64,000 bases of DNA from Asterias rubens (taxonomy: Eukaryota): NCBI RefSeq assembly GCF_902459465.1, contig NC_047066.1, forward strand, positions 1,798,001-1,862,000. Reading direction: 5' to 3'. The translations under genes were made by a program, and so were the position numbers. This document shows, piece after piece, positions 47,603-58,309 of the stretch (position 1 is the stretch's first letter; the number at the start of each line of letters is the position of its first letter). The notes beneath the pieces were generated by a model. It had not been told where the DNA came from. It made no database searches and was given only the letters and a program-made list of their open reading frames with translations.

Positions 47603-50600
47603 ATGTCTTATGGAAACGGTTTATCACTACAGGTATGTGTTTAGTATTAATAATAAGGATAGTTTTGTGGTAGCACCACCGTTGAAATCATGAAAAATAG
47701 TGACCATCCCTTGCACTTTTATGGTTTCATGAGGTAGGTCAGGGAAAAGACCCCGTAGCATCCAATGTAGAAGCCCGCACCTTTTTAGAGACACCGGACA
47801 CTATTGGTAATTGTCAAAGACAAGTCTTCTCACTTGGTGTATTTCAACATTAGCATAAAATAACAAACCTGTAAAAAAGTGAGCTCAATTGGTCGTCGAA
47901 GTTGCGAGATAATAATGAAAGAAAAAACACCATTGTCACAAGAAGGTGCTTTCAGATGCTTGATTTCGAGACCTCAACATCTTGTTCTTAGGTCTCGAAA
48001 TCGATTTCGTGGAAATTTACTTCTTTCTCGAAAACTACGTTGCTTCAGAAGGAGCCGTTTCTCACAATGTTTTATACTATCAACAGCTCCCTATTACTCG
48101 TTACCAAGTAAGGTTTTATGCTAATAATTATTTTGAGTAATTACCAATAGTGTCCAATGCCTTTAATTCATTTGTGCCTTTGTCAATTAGAGTTTGTTAT
48201 GATTCTTAATGTGTTTTTACTGAATATTCTTATCCTATATTGGTTTGTTGGAGCGGAGAGGTTTGGGCAATTCCTGCAATAGGTGTTTTGTTGTTTCTTT
48301 TGTGTGTGTTTTTTTTAACTTATATCTATTATCGGTGAATGTTCAAACCTATGTGAATGTTGAATGTCCAATAAAACAACAATATCAACATAAAAAATGT
48401 ATTACTCGCTAGACAATTCTATTTTAAAGGGAAGGTACACTATTGGTAAGTATCAAAGACCAGTGATCTCACTTGGTGTATCTCAACATATGCATAAAAT
48501 AACAAACCTGTGAAAATTTGAGCTCAATTGGTCATCGGAGTTGGGAGAAAATGATGAAAGAAAAAAACATCTTGTTGGACGAATCGTTGTGCTTTCAGAG
48601 AGGACTACAAGACTTCTAGCTAGAAGCCTTTTTATTATTTCAGTGAGAAATTACCTCTTTCTCAAAAACTACATAACTTAAAAGGGAGTCGTTTCCCACA
48701 GTGTTTTATAATATCAACATCCCTCCAATGCTAGTTACCAAGTCAGCTTTTAAGTTAATATTTGTTTTGAGTAATTACCAAACGTGTACCTTCCCTTTAA
48801 TGTCCAGTGTCCAATATCAATCTAAGTATACTATATTCCAGCCGGCAGGACTGTTTCTGCTCATCTTATTCTCAAGCCCCTCAACCACATTCGGGTCATC
48901 AAGTACGGAAGCTAAGGTCATCTTAGAAACAGCTCTGACGTCATTTGAGTCAAGCAAAGATGTGGGAGCTGCGTGTATCGCCCTCGAATCACTTCGTTAT
49001 CTTAACTTTAGACAAATGGAAGTAACTCAACTCGAAGAAATTGTAAAGGTATGAACTTGAAGAGGTTTTACAATGCCCGTTGTAGGGAAAGAAGGTACCC
49101 CCATGTTCCCGTACTTAAAGGAACATTATAGAATTGGTATTAAAGAACACAAACTTGAAGATCACAGATTAACATCAAACTACAGTCTAAAATGAAGATA
49201 GTAGACAACATCCCTTGAAATATTAATGTCTGAAGGTGTCCGATGCCTTTTTTTTATATACACAAGTCGCGCACGGACTGCAAGTCTCGCGAGTATTCAA
49301 ACGGCTGCGTTAAAAGGTGCGATTTCGTGTTATTCTGAATGTTCGCTGAAGAAATATAATCCCCCATTTCAAAATCACTTATTAGGATGTTAGGCTTCGA
49401 CTAAGCCCCCTCGTTTCCCCCCCCCCCCCCAACCAGGAGACCGTGTTTAAATTATTGGCTGATAGAGGCGGATGACACAAACAACAGAGATGATTTGTTT
49501 TTCAGTCCGTTTTGTGGTGTAAAATAGGTTTTCTCGGCCAATTTCGGAAAAAGAGCAGCCTATTTAACCGTCAAGCTATTCTATTTCGCGCGAAATCGAA
49601 TGCTACTGAAAAGTGTCATTCGATTTCGTTTTACTATTAGTCAAATGTAATGTTGCGTCATTCGATTTAACAAAATAATCATTCAATTTAACAATTCATC
49701 AAAGCAGCATTCAAATTCGCAGTCGCTTCTTGAGGCGTGTGTGTCTCGAAAAAGAATAACGATACACTAAATTGAGCTAAAGTGCTAAAGGAACTTGACT
49801 CGACTCAAAACGAAATTGAATGGCCGAATTCTGAATTTGAAACGCAGTAACAACTAGAGAGGCAAAACAGCTTTAATTCGAACGCATGAAAATGAAATTG
49901 GCTGCTCATTTGCCGAATTTGACTGAGAAAACCTATAATAACATATAAATGAAGTAAATGATTATGCTTCTGATGCGAAAATTCTTGTTTAATTTTAGCT
50001 TTCGTCGACGCGTTTCAGAAGATACCGTTTGGTTCCACAGTCAGTATGGGTAAATAAAGACACCTGTTGTCAAAGTATTATTTAATAATGTCCATATTAT
50101 TGTCCATGTTCTTTTTTTTTTTTTTTTTGCCCTATCACTTTTCTTCTTTTTAAATTAAAAATATCTAACGAATCGTCCTGTTTTTACATCATTAATCCGA
50201 TTAAGAAAAACAATTCAGAAAGAAAAACAAAATCTGCACCAAAATCACACTAAGCGTTTTATTGTACGTGTATTAGGACGATGTCTACCTCGATTGCATG
50301 TCTATGGGCATGCACATTGCCAAGCAAATGGCTCTTGGTTTTCCAGCGGGAACGACACTACGCATGCGTCAAAGTGACCGAGGTGGGTGTGTTTGTATCG
50401 TAACCACTCTACTAGGGCCATGTTTCAAATCCGTCTACAGTTTTAAAGAAAAGGACCGCAATAGGTTTAATTGAAATAATGCATAGGATTATGCGGCTAA
50501 AACGTTCATTCATTCATCAGTCATTTTGGTTTTATTAAAATCAAAAAACAAATTTGTTTTAAGTTTGAGTTCGTCATGACACTTTGTTGCATTGTGACCT

Positions 50601-53600
50601 TTACCCTTTACCAATATAAGATAAGGGTTACTTCTGACCATTGATTAATTTTATATTGTTTCTTATAATGATTTTCTCGGTATTAAACAATTGTCGGTGT
50701 TATTCATCTTAAACAGATGTGATGTTTGGAAACCAGAGGAGCTTAACAAAAGGCGACTCGGAGCTGTTTAGAATCGAAAGATTGATCGACTCGACCCATA
50801 GACATCTCATGACGTCACCATTCGTAGTTATTGATTATCGATTACAAGGATTTCTGGGCTACAGCGCAGGTGCGAGATTGATCTTGTGTGTGTTTTTTTA
50901 TGCAAGTCGCCAGACACACAAGGCCTCATCAAGGCCACTTCAAGGTGTGCCAGTCTATTTTTATTTCAGAGGCCGTTGCCACCTACTCCTTGGGCTGAAA
51001 CAGGGTTACTCTCTTTTAAAACAGTCCATAGTGCTGGGTCTTCTTTCACACGCAATGCGAGTGGAATAAGGCAAAAATGTAGCGCTTGTGTCCGTGATTC
51101 CCCGCAAGCGTGCGTGTGGTGACTTAAGGACACAAGTGCCACGGCCGGGACTCGAACCAACACTCTGCTGGTCAGAAACACGAGAGCTTGACTGTAAAGT
51201 TAATTGTTGTTTGTTATTAATATTATTATTATTATTTTGTGTTTTGCAGAGATTGAAACCAACTTGTTGACTAAGCATGATACAAGCAATGTTATAATTT
51301 ACAACACAACAAGGTTAAGTATTTCCCTTTATTTTTGTTTTTTAGAAGGGGGGGGGTCTGATGTGTCAAGCAAGAAAGACAAAGTTAAATGAAAAAAAAA
51401 CAATGTTTACCAGTTTTATAACTTTTTAAAGTATGAGTTATTCCCAACAATACTGTGTTTCAGCCAACCAGAATACAGGACTATATCAAGAGTCGTGTTA
51501 AAACCATTGACTTTTAAATGCAATCACATAATGTTTCATGATAGACTGTTTGTTTTACGTCTATTTTGGTGATCCAATCATAGTTCTCTGCGTGCCGCTT
51601 CGCAAACCAATGACGTCATTCTACAATACATCGTCCCCATCGACAATCCCGAGTCGAACCCAAGCATCACCTTGTTGCGTCGAGAGGTGAGTTCGCCCCT
51701 TAATTATGTCCATCAATTCTATTGTTTTAAAGACAGTGGTAATTACTCAAAATAATTGTTAGTATAAAAACTTACTTAGTTACAAGTAATGGAGAGCTGT
51801 TGATAGTATAAACATTGTGAGAAACGGCTCCCTCTGAAGTAACACAGTTTTCGAGAAATAAGACATTTACCACGAACTTGATTTCTAGACCTCAGAATTA
51901 GATTTTGAGGTCCCGAAATCAAGCATCTGAAAGCACACAACTTCGTGTGACAAGGCTGTTTTTCTTCCATTTTATCTCGCAACTTCGACGACCAATTGAG
52001 TTCAATTTTTCACAGGTTTGTTATTTTGTGCATATTATGTTGAGATACACCGACTGAGAAGACTAGTCTTTGACAATTAGCAATCGTGTACAGTGTCTTT
52101 AACTAAGCCTTTCTTTTGAAACTCCAAAGTTGAAGAGACAAAACAATGTAGAGGTTTTGCTCTAACAATTGACACATCTTATCTTGAGTAGTTGCTTCAA
52201 CCAATCTTGTTTACAGAATATCTTGTTTTAATATTTTTAGGAAGCAATTGTCCTTGAGCGTGAGGCTTCCATCATGGCGTCGTCGTCATTAAGGACGACT
52301 TGCTCGATCATTTCCGAAACAGGCAGACGGTAGACAAAAAAAAACCCAAAAAACATTCTTGTTTTTGCTAATTTTCGTAGCGTCTTATTTGGGGGTTTTG
52401 TTTTTGTTTTCTCTTATTTGTGTTTACTGTTTTTATTTGTGATCGTATAATTTGTTCTAATTCAGCCAAGGCAGTGAAACCACAACATTTAAAGGGACTG
52501 GGTACTTTTTGTAGGCAGAAAAACACAATGCCCACAGATTTACATTAAACTTACACAGTGTGAAGGTAATGATAGTAGAAAGCTTCCCTGGAATTATTAC
52601 TTGCTGAGGTGCTGTAGTTTTTGAGAAATGAATAAAACAATGTCATGAAAATAATTTTCGTCTCAGTGAACATGAGACGAAATTTATTTTAGCATGTAAA
52701 AACGTATTTTCATTACATTGTTTTGCTCAAATCCCCAAATACTACAGCACCTCAGCAACTCATATTTTAAGGTACGCTTTGTACTATCATTATCTTCAAA
52801 TCCTTTAACTAAAAAGAGAGGCCCCAATGTCAAAATAAAGTTAATCCACTAGGATTTCCAATGGATAGAGTCATTTTAAAAAAATAGTAAAAAATTAAAA
52901 GTCACTAACTTGCACGTAAAACCAGTGTCAAATGCATTGTGTCTGATCCCTTTCAAATGCAATTGGTATGCTATGTGATTTATGTGGTTTAGGATTGCCT
53001 CCTTGTTGATGGTTTGGTTATTTTTTGTACGATACAAAACACAATGTCCACAGATTTGCGTTGAACTTAAACGGTTTGAAGATAATGATAGGAAGTTTTC
53101 CTCAAAATATTACTCACTGAGGTGCTGTAGTGTTTTAGAAAGGAGTAAAACAAAGTCACAAAAATAATTTTCGTCTCAGGATCAGATGAATATTATTTTA
53201 GCATGTACAACGCGACTCTCCTGAAAACATTGCGCTGTGATTTTCCACTTTTTGTCTTCAAAAACTTGACGGCTAATGAAACTTCTACAGGAAAATTATA
53301 ATAACATACATCTTCATTCACAGTGAGTAAAGATTTATGTCATGGTCAGAAACTTGATATACAAAAGTTATCAAAAACCCTCTATCCAAGGTGACGGTAT
53401 AAACTGTATGCCTTTCCGTGAACTATGTATCGACAACAAATATTTTTTGTCTGGCTTTCGTGTTTGTGTTATATGATTCAGAACGAACTCCCACAATGAC
53501 TGCAAAGTTGTTGATAGAGGCGGGTCTAAGACGGAATGGTCATGTGACTGTCGCCATGAGGATGACGTCACCTTCTTCATCAAGGTAAGGTTCATTTCAG

Positions 53601-56449
53601 TTATGTTTGTTTATAAAAGAAAATACGTTTGAATGTTTCGGTCAGCTGAATTGATCTGTTGTATAGTACTTGAACGCTTTACAAAAACTCTGTATTATTT
53701 TGTTTGTTTGATTTTCTGATTTGACTCCAGGTTTATTCCAGTTTATCTGAGACGATGAGGTGGACTTATACCATCAGTTGCGTCGCATCATTTATCTGCA
53801 TTACCAGTGCATGGATACGTCTTATTTGTGTGAGGTAATCCTAAACATAACGTCACCATTCCCCAAGCTGTCCCCACACTACCTCAAATACAACATGATT
53901 CATTATTTTGTTTTTGTCTTCTGTAAAAGACATTCGACACCTTTAATAATTGTCAAAGGCCAGTATTCTTAATAGGTGTATCCCAAAATATGCATAAAAT
54001 AACAAATCTGTGACAGTTTTGACTCATCTGGTCATCAAAGTTGCAAGAAAACTATGAAAAAAGAAAACAAATTATGATAAGGAAAGGTTTGTGGTATAAT
54101 ATTACGATATCATGTTGTTTTTTAAAACTCCTCGAAGAACAAAGCAGAGGAGTGAATACGAAATCGGTCGCCTGTGATAATATGAAACTTTCTGGGACGA
54201 TAGGTGCCAGCAGACTTACCGGGTAAAGCCATTGTTCTCATAATTATGCGCATGTTCAGAACTACGTAAACAATGAAAATTTACCCGGTAAGTCTGCTGC
54301 CACCTACCGTTGGAAAGTCTCCCATTATAAAACCAATGCTCTTGTTCTGTACTTTATCAGATTTCCAATTATTGAAGGAATCGATTATCAAACTATCTAA
54401 CCTTTTTTGCTGATAACAGATGTTGGTGGAAATCAGACGACTGTTTCATCCGGGTCACTTTTCTCGTAGCCGTGCCAGCGACCTCGATAAATTTACTAGT
54501 CTCCTTACAAGCAATCGACAGTCAGGTCAGTCTTATTATTTTTATTTTTATTTTGTTAAACTATTATATTTGTACTGAATGAAAGTCTTTGAACTATTCT
54601 CCTTTCTTTAGCTGTTTTGCAAAGCCAACGTCATCGTGCTACATTTATCATTCATCGCAACGCCAGCCTGGATGGTCTGTCTAAGTATCGAAGTCTTCAT
54701 CGAATCACGAAAGCCGTTACATGGTTTCATTAAGTCACTGCCGAAGAGGCGTATCTACGCTCTGATTGGCTGGGGCGTACCAATTATAACTGTGGCTGTA
54801 ACTGTGGGTACTGATATGTCTTTGTACGGGTCAAGACTCGGGTAAGAACTCAGACTTTAAAGGGATGGTATGCCTTTGGTAATCACTCTTGAAATAATAG
54901 CAATGACAAACAAAATTTGGTTATGAGAAGCTTTCGAAAAACATTTTAAGTAACGATTCTTTTCAAATTAATGTAGTAATGGTAAAAACATACCAGTTTT
55001 TATGCCTTAAAGGCAGTGGACACTATTGGTAATTACTCAAAACAATTATTAGCATAAAACCTTACTTGGTAACAAGTAATGGGGAGAGGTCTAACGGGTA
55101 ATAAACCAAAAGTGTACTTTATCAAGATATGGGCACTGTTAAACAATAACACATTATTACTATTAAGTAATAACATGATGTCTTAATTCTACAGGTGTTT
55201 GGCTGATTTCAACTCTACACTGTTGTGGCTGTTTGTGGTGCCAGTCATCGCCGCAACAATGGTAATTATTCTTCTTAATCGGGGCCTTATTTCATAGAGC
55301 TGCTAAGCATAAACATTTGCTTAGCTTGACATTTTTGCCTTCATAAAACCAGGATTTCCATCCAAATTTCCATGTGATTTTCAGGATAAGCCAACAACAG
55401 CTGAAGACCAGTAACAAGCACTATGCAACAAATGGAAATTTGGCTGGTAATCCTGTTTTTATTAAGGAAGAAATTTCTTGCTAAGCAAATTTTTGTGCTT
55501 AGCAGCTCTATGAAATTGGGCCCAGGTCTGTTTCTAGAACATAACAATTATTAACCGAGTAATCATTTTTATAGAAAAGTCTCACCTACATTTAGTATAA
55601 CCTCTTTGTTTTTTATAACAAGGTGATTTCATGTCTGCTGATTCTTTCAACAAATTCGCTGGTCTATGACGATCAAAAGGGACTGAACCTCAAAGACAAA
55701 AAGTATGTTTTTTAATCTTTCATTTCTTGTATTTATATTTTTGGTGGGGTCGGACGTGGTCTCATTAATACAATTTGTATCATTACTTTGACATGTGTTC
55801 TCGTCCTCATGCTATATTCCTTGTTTTAATTTCAAATTTATAATTTAATTTTAATGTCAAATGTGCACTGTTTGTTGGAAGTTCGTAGCTCGGTGAATTA
55901 ATAATGTCCTCTTATTTATTTTCAAATTATAGTATTTTTAAAATGTACTGTCGAAATGTAAAAGAGTGAAAAACACCACTCTTTACATTTCGAGTTGTCC
56001 CTCATAATAGGCTCTTTAAAAAGAGTGGTGGTTATTTCACTCTTTTAGAGGGGTTTCACTCCAGGACAGAGTGAAAAAACACTCAAAAAAGATGCAAACT
56101 TCAATCTAAAAGAGTGGAAAACCACTCGAAAAAGAGTAATGTCCCTCATATGGCTCTTCAAAGAGTGCTCTTTCACTCTTTTGCATTTTCATAGAGAATC
56201 AAAGTTGTTGTAATTCAGCCTTTGTCCATTCAGTCCATTATCATCTACTTATTGTATGTTTAATGCTTATATGTTTTTAATGGATCGAGGCAAGAGATGT
56301 GTAAATGTGCGTGTCTGGCTGTTCTCACTACAACGGGACTGATCCTGATGCCTATTTCTTTGAGGTCTCCACCCTCTGGAATATTAACAGCCATCCAATG
56401 GCTGTTCATCATTGCCAATGCAATTGTGTTGAAAGAAATCATTATTTAA
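47603..56449 (+). CDS. Adhesion/class-B-type GPCR-like protein (~508 aa) with degenerate GPS
   Basis: Phase-consistent exons: 47603-47632, 48842-49048, 50019-50049, 50717-50869, 51250-51313, 51584-51686, 52241-52329, 53482-53584, 53731-53834, 54420-54525, 54612-54841, 55195-55261, 55623-55702, 56290-56449. 7TM class-B signatures: FCKANVIVLHLSFIATPAWM (TM3), IYALIGWGVPII (TM4), CLADFNSTLLWLFVVPV (TM5), AIQWLFIIANAI (TM7). Four-Cys GPS-like segment before TM1. The first, third and last exon boundaries are less certain. Confidence 0.78.
47785..48166. mobile_element. Kolobok-type MITE, same family (degenerate left end)
   Basis: GGACACTATTGGTAATTGTCAAAGAC...AATTACCAATAGTGTCCAATGCCTTTAA. Confidence 0.82.
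48424..48800. mobile_element. Kolobok-type MITE, related subfamily (TIR AGGGAAGGTACAC)
   Basis: TTAA|AGGGAAGGTACAC...GTGTACCTTCCCT|TTAA; the internal sequence is homologous to the main family. Confidence 0.85.
49527..49933. mobile_element. ~400-bp MITE, second copy of the 42258 family
   Basis: Collinear with 42258-42654; TA|GGTTTTCTCGG...GAGAAAACC|TA. Confidence 0.85.
51727..52102. mobile_element. Kolobok-type MITE, same family, opposite orientation
   Basis: TTAA at both ends; internal homology to the 30735 copy. Confidence 0.82.
52489..53200. mobile_element. Fragments of a third TTAA MITE family (AGGGACTGGGTACTTTTTG...); related fragment at ~9878-10030
   Basis: Two related segments (52489-52800, ~53020-53200) share CACAGATTT..ATTAAACT..GAAG.TAATGAT.G..AAGCTTCCC..AATATTAC..GCTGAGGTGCTGTAG with 9878-10030. 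Confidence 0.6.
54198..54310. repeat. Inverted repeat (small MITE-like hairpin)
   Basis: TAGGTG.CAGCAGACTTACCGGGTAAA...TTTACCCGGTAAGTCTGCTG.CACCTA. Confidence 0.7.
55281..55523. mobile_element. MITE with GGGCC..ATTTCATAGAGCTGCTAAGCA termini
   Basis: GGGGCCTTATTTCATAGAGCTGCTAAGCA...TGCTTAGCAGCTCTATGAAATTGGGCCC. Confidence 0.78.
55948..56196. mobile_element. Foldback element with multiple AAGAGTG/CACTCTT subterminal repeats
   Basis: Termini GAAATGTAAAAGAGTGAAA / TTTCACTCTTTTTGCATTTTC; many AAGAGTG or CACTCTT copies. Confidence 0.6.
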
Positions 56450-56510
56450 CAATTATAGTTTTTGCATTTATTTTACTTTTTGACCGTGATGATGTTTTTG
56501 ACTGAAAAGG

Positions 56511-56693
56511 TAATTATGAATGGGAATCAAAATGTGTTGAATCGGTTTTCAACTAGTGGTTTAAACCCGCCGAGGCCTGGTTCTTTATAATTTACCTCGA
56601 CTTCGTCTCGGTTAAGTTATCAAGAACCAGGCCTCGTTGGGTTTAAACCACTAGTTGAAAACCTCTTCACCACACATTGATTCCCTTAGTTAA
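56511..56693. mobile_element. Nearly fully palindromic MITE
   Basis: GGTTTTCAACTAGTGGTTTAAACCC..CGAGGCCTGGTTCTT and its reverse complement; outer GGGAATCAA.ATGTG / CACATTGATTCCC. Confidence 0.8.
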
Positions 56694-57049
56694 AATTGTT
56701 AGTACAAAAAAAAGAGAGACTTGAGCAGAACCTTAATTTGTCTGTCTTCTATGAGAAAGTTGGGCTTAGTTGAGCCAGGGCTCGATTTCATCAGAATAAA
56801 ATCCATCGTAAGACAAATTGTCGGTATCACCATAGTGCTTTGTATTGTGACATAAGCATTTACGACTGAGTTGCAGTTACGATCAATTTTAGCTCTTTGT
56901 GAAAGCGGCCCCTGATCTTTTCCGATCCATGATTAATTTTTAAACACTGTTTTACCAATTTTAATATCATGGCTGATAAATATATACAGGTGTGGGGAGA
57001 AAAATGAGAAAATTACATAAATTGTTTCTATAAATTATTCCATATTCAC

Positions 57050-57425
57050 TTAAAGCCATTGGACCCTTTCGGTAAACAGTGTTGTCCAAGGCCCACACTT
57101 TGTATACCACAACTTCTATATCAAATAACAAACCTGTGAAAATTTAGGCTCAATCGGTCATCGGAGTCGGGAGAAAACAACGGAAAAACCCACCCTTGTT
57201 TCCGCGCGTTTCGCCGTGTCATGAAATGTGTTTAAAATAAATCCGTAATTCTCGTTAACGAGAATTTATATTGTTTTGCTGTTTTGTCAAAAAGTTAAGC
57301 ATTTCATGGAATAATATTTCAAGAGAAGTCTTTCACCATTGCCTTCTGTAAACCCTGTAAGTTATTTGTAAATCTGTGAACTTGTTTTTTTTTTTTCCTG
57401 AACCGAAAGGGTCCAATGGCTTTAA
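57050..57425. mobile_element. TTAA MITE, second family (TIR AGCCATTGGACC)
   Basis: TTAA|AGCCATTGGACCCTTTCGG...CCGAAAGGGTCCAATGGCT|TTAA. Confidence 0.88.
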
Positions 57426-58309
57426 AGTGTGCTTTAAAAACATGATACTAATTTCATTTAAAATCTATTTTGATTATGGAAAAATGTTTTGTGATATTTG
57501 TGTAACATCATGGGCTTAATAAATGTTATACATGCGAATTTTTAACAAATAAACAAAAAAGTAAATAAAACTCATATAGGAACCTAAATTCTGTCTTGGT
57601 GTGTTAACTTTTTGTTTCTATAAATTCATTGGTGCTTTTGAATCTATCCCATCATGAAACTTACCGCTAACAACAACAAAGGCGATGATAGGGCAGTGAT
57701 AGCGCGCGCTTCCCGTGGCTCTGTTCCTACCCCTTACGACGACACAATAGAAATTTGCATAATATTCTTTTTCCTATTATGTGGCGCCCTCTGTCGATAT
57801 GGTTGTCCAAAGGAATTTTAGACTGGTTTCTTCTGCAGTAAGTCTGATACTGCTGTTGATGAAGTCTGGGTACGTGATGAATGAAATCGACACCAATAAA
57901 AACAGTTATTCATAAAATTATTTGAGGTAGCAAAAAATTACTGTGGAGTATTTTTTTATTAATTGTTACCTCTGTCAGTTTTTAATAAGCGTGGTCGCAA
58001 ATACAATATTAGATACGTTACAATTATTGAAAAGAACTGTTGCTGGTTACTCTCGCGACCTCATGAATAATGCATGTCTCAACTTTCAGCCATTCAAACT
58101 CGCCTAAAATGTGATGACGAAATACTTAGTTACGTACGCAAGATAAACACACGTCACACACATTATAAACACAACAAAATCGCCAGAACTGTTTTTGGAT
58201 TATTGAGAAATGGATGTGCATTTCGATGTCTCTATTTTGATTCAGAAAATATTTGTGTGAGTTATTTAAAAAAAATCGCTAGAGTTATTAGTCAACATTT
58301 AGCGAAAAC

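Noticed and set aside
51464-51540. Additional GPCR exon after TTTCAG at 51463
   Set aside because: All frames reach stops with no credible donor; the exon at 51584 satisfies the phase directly.
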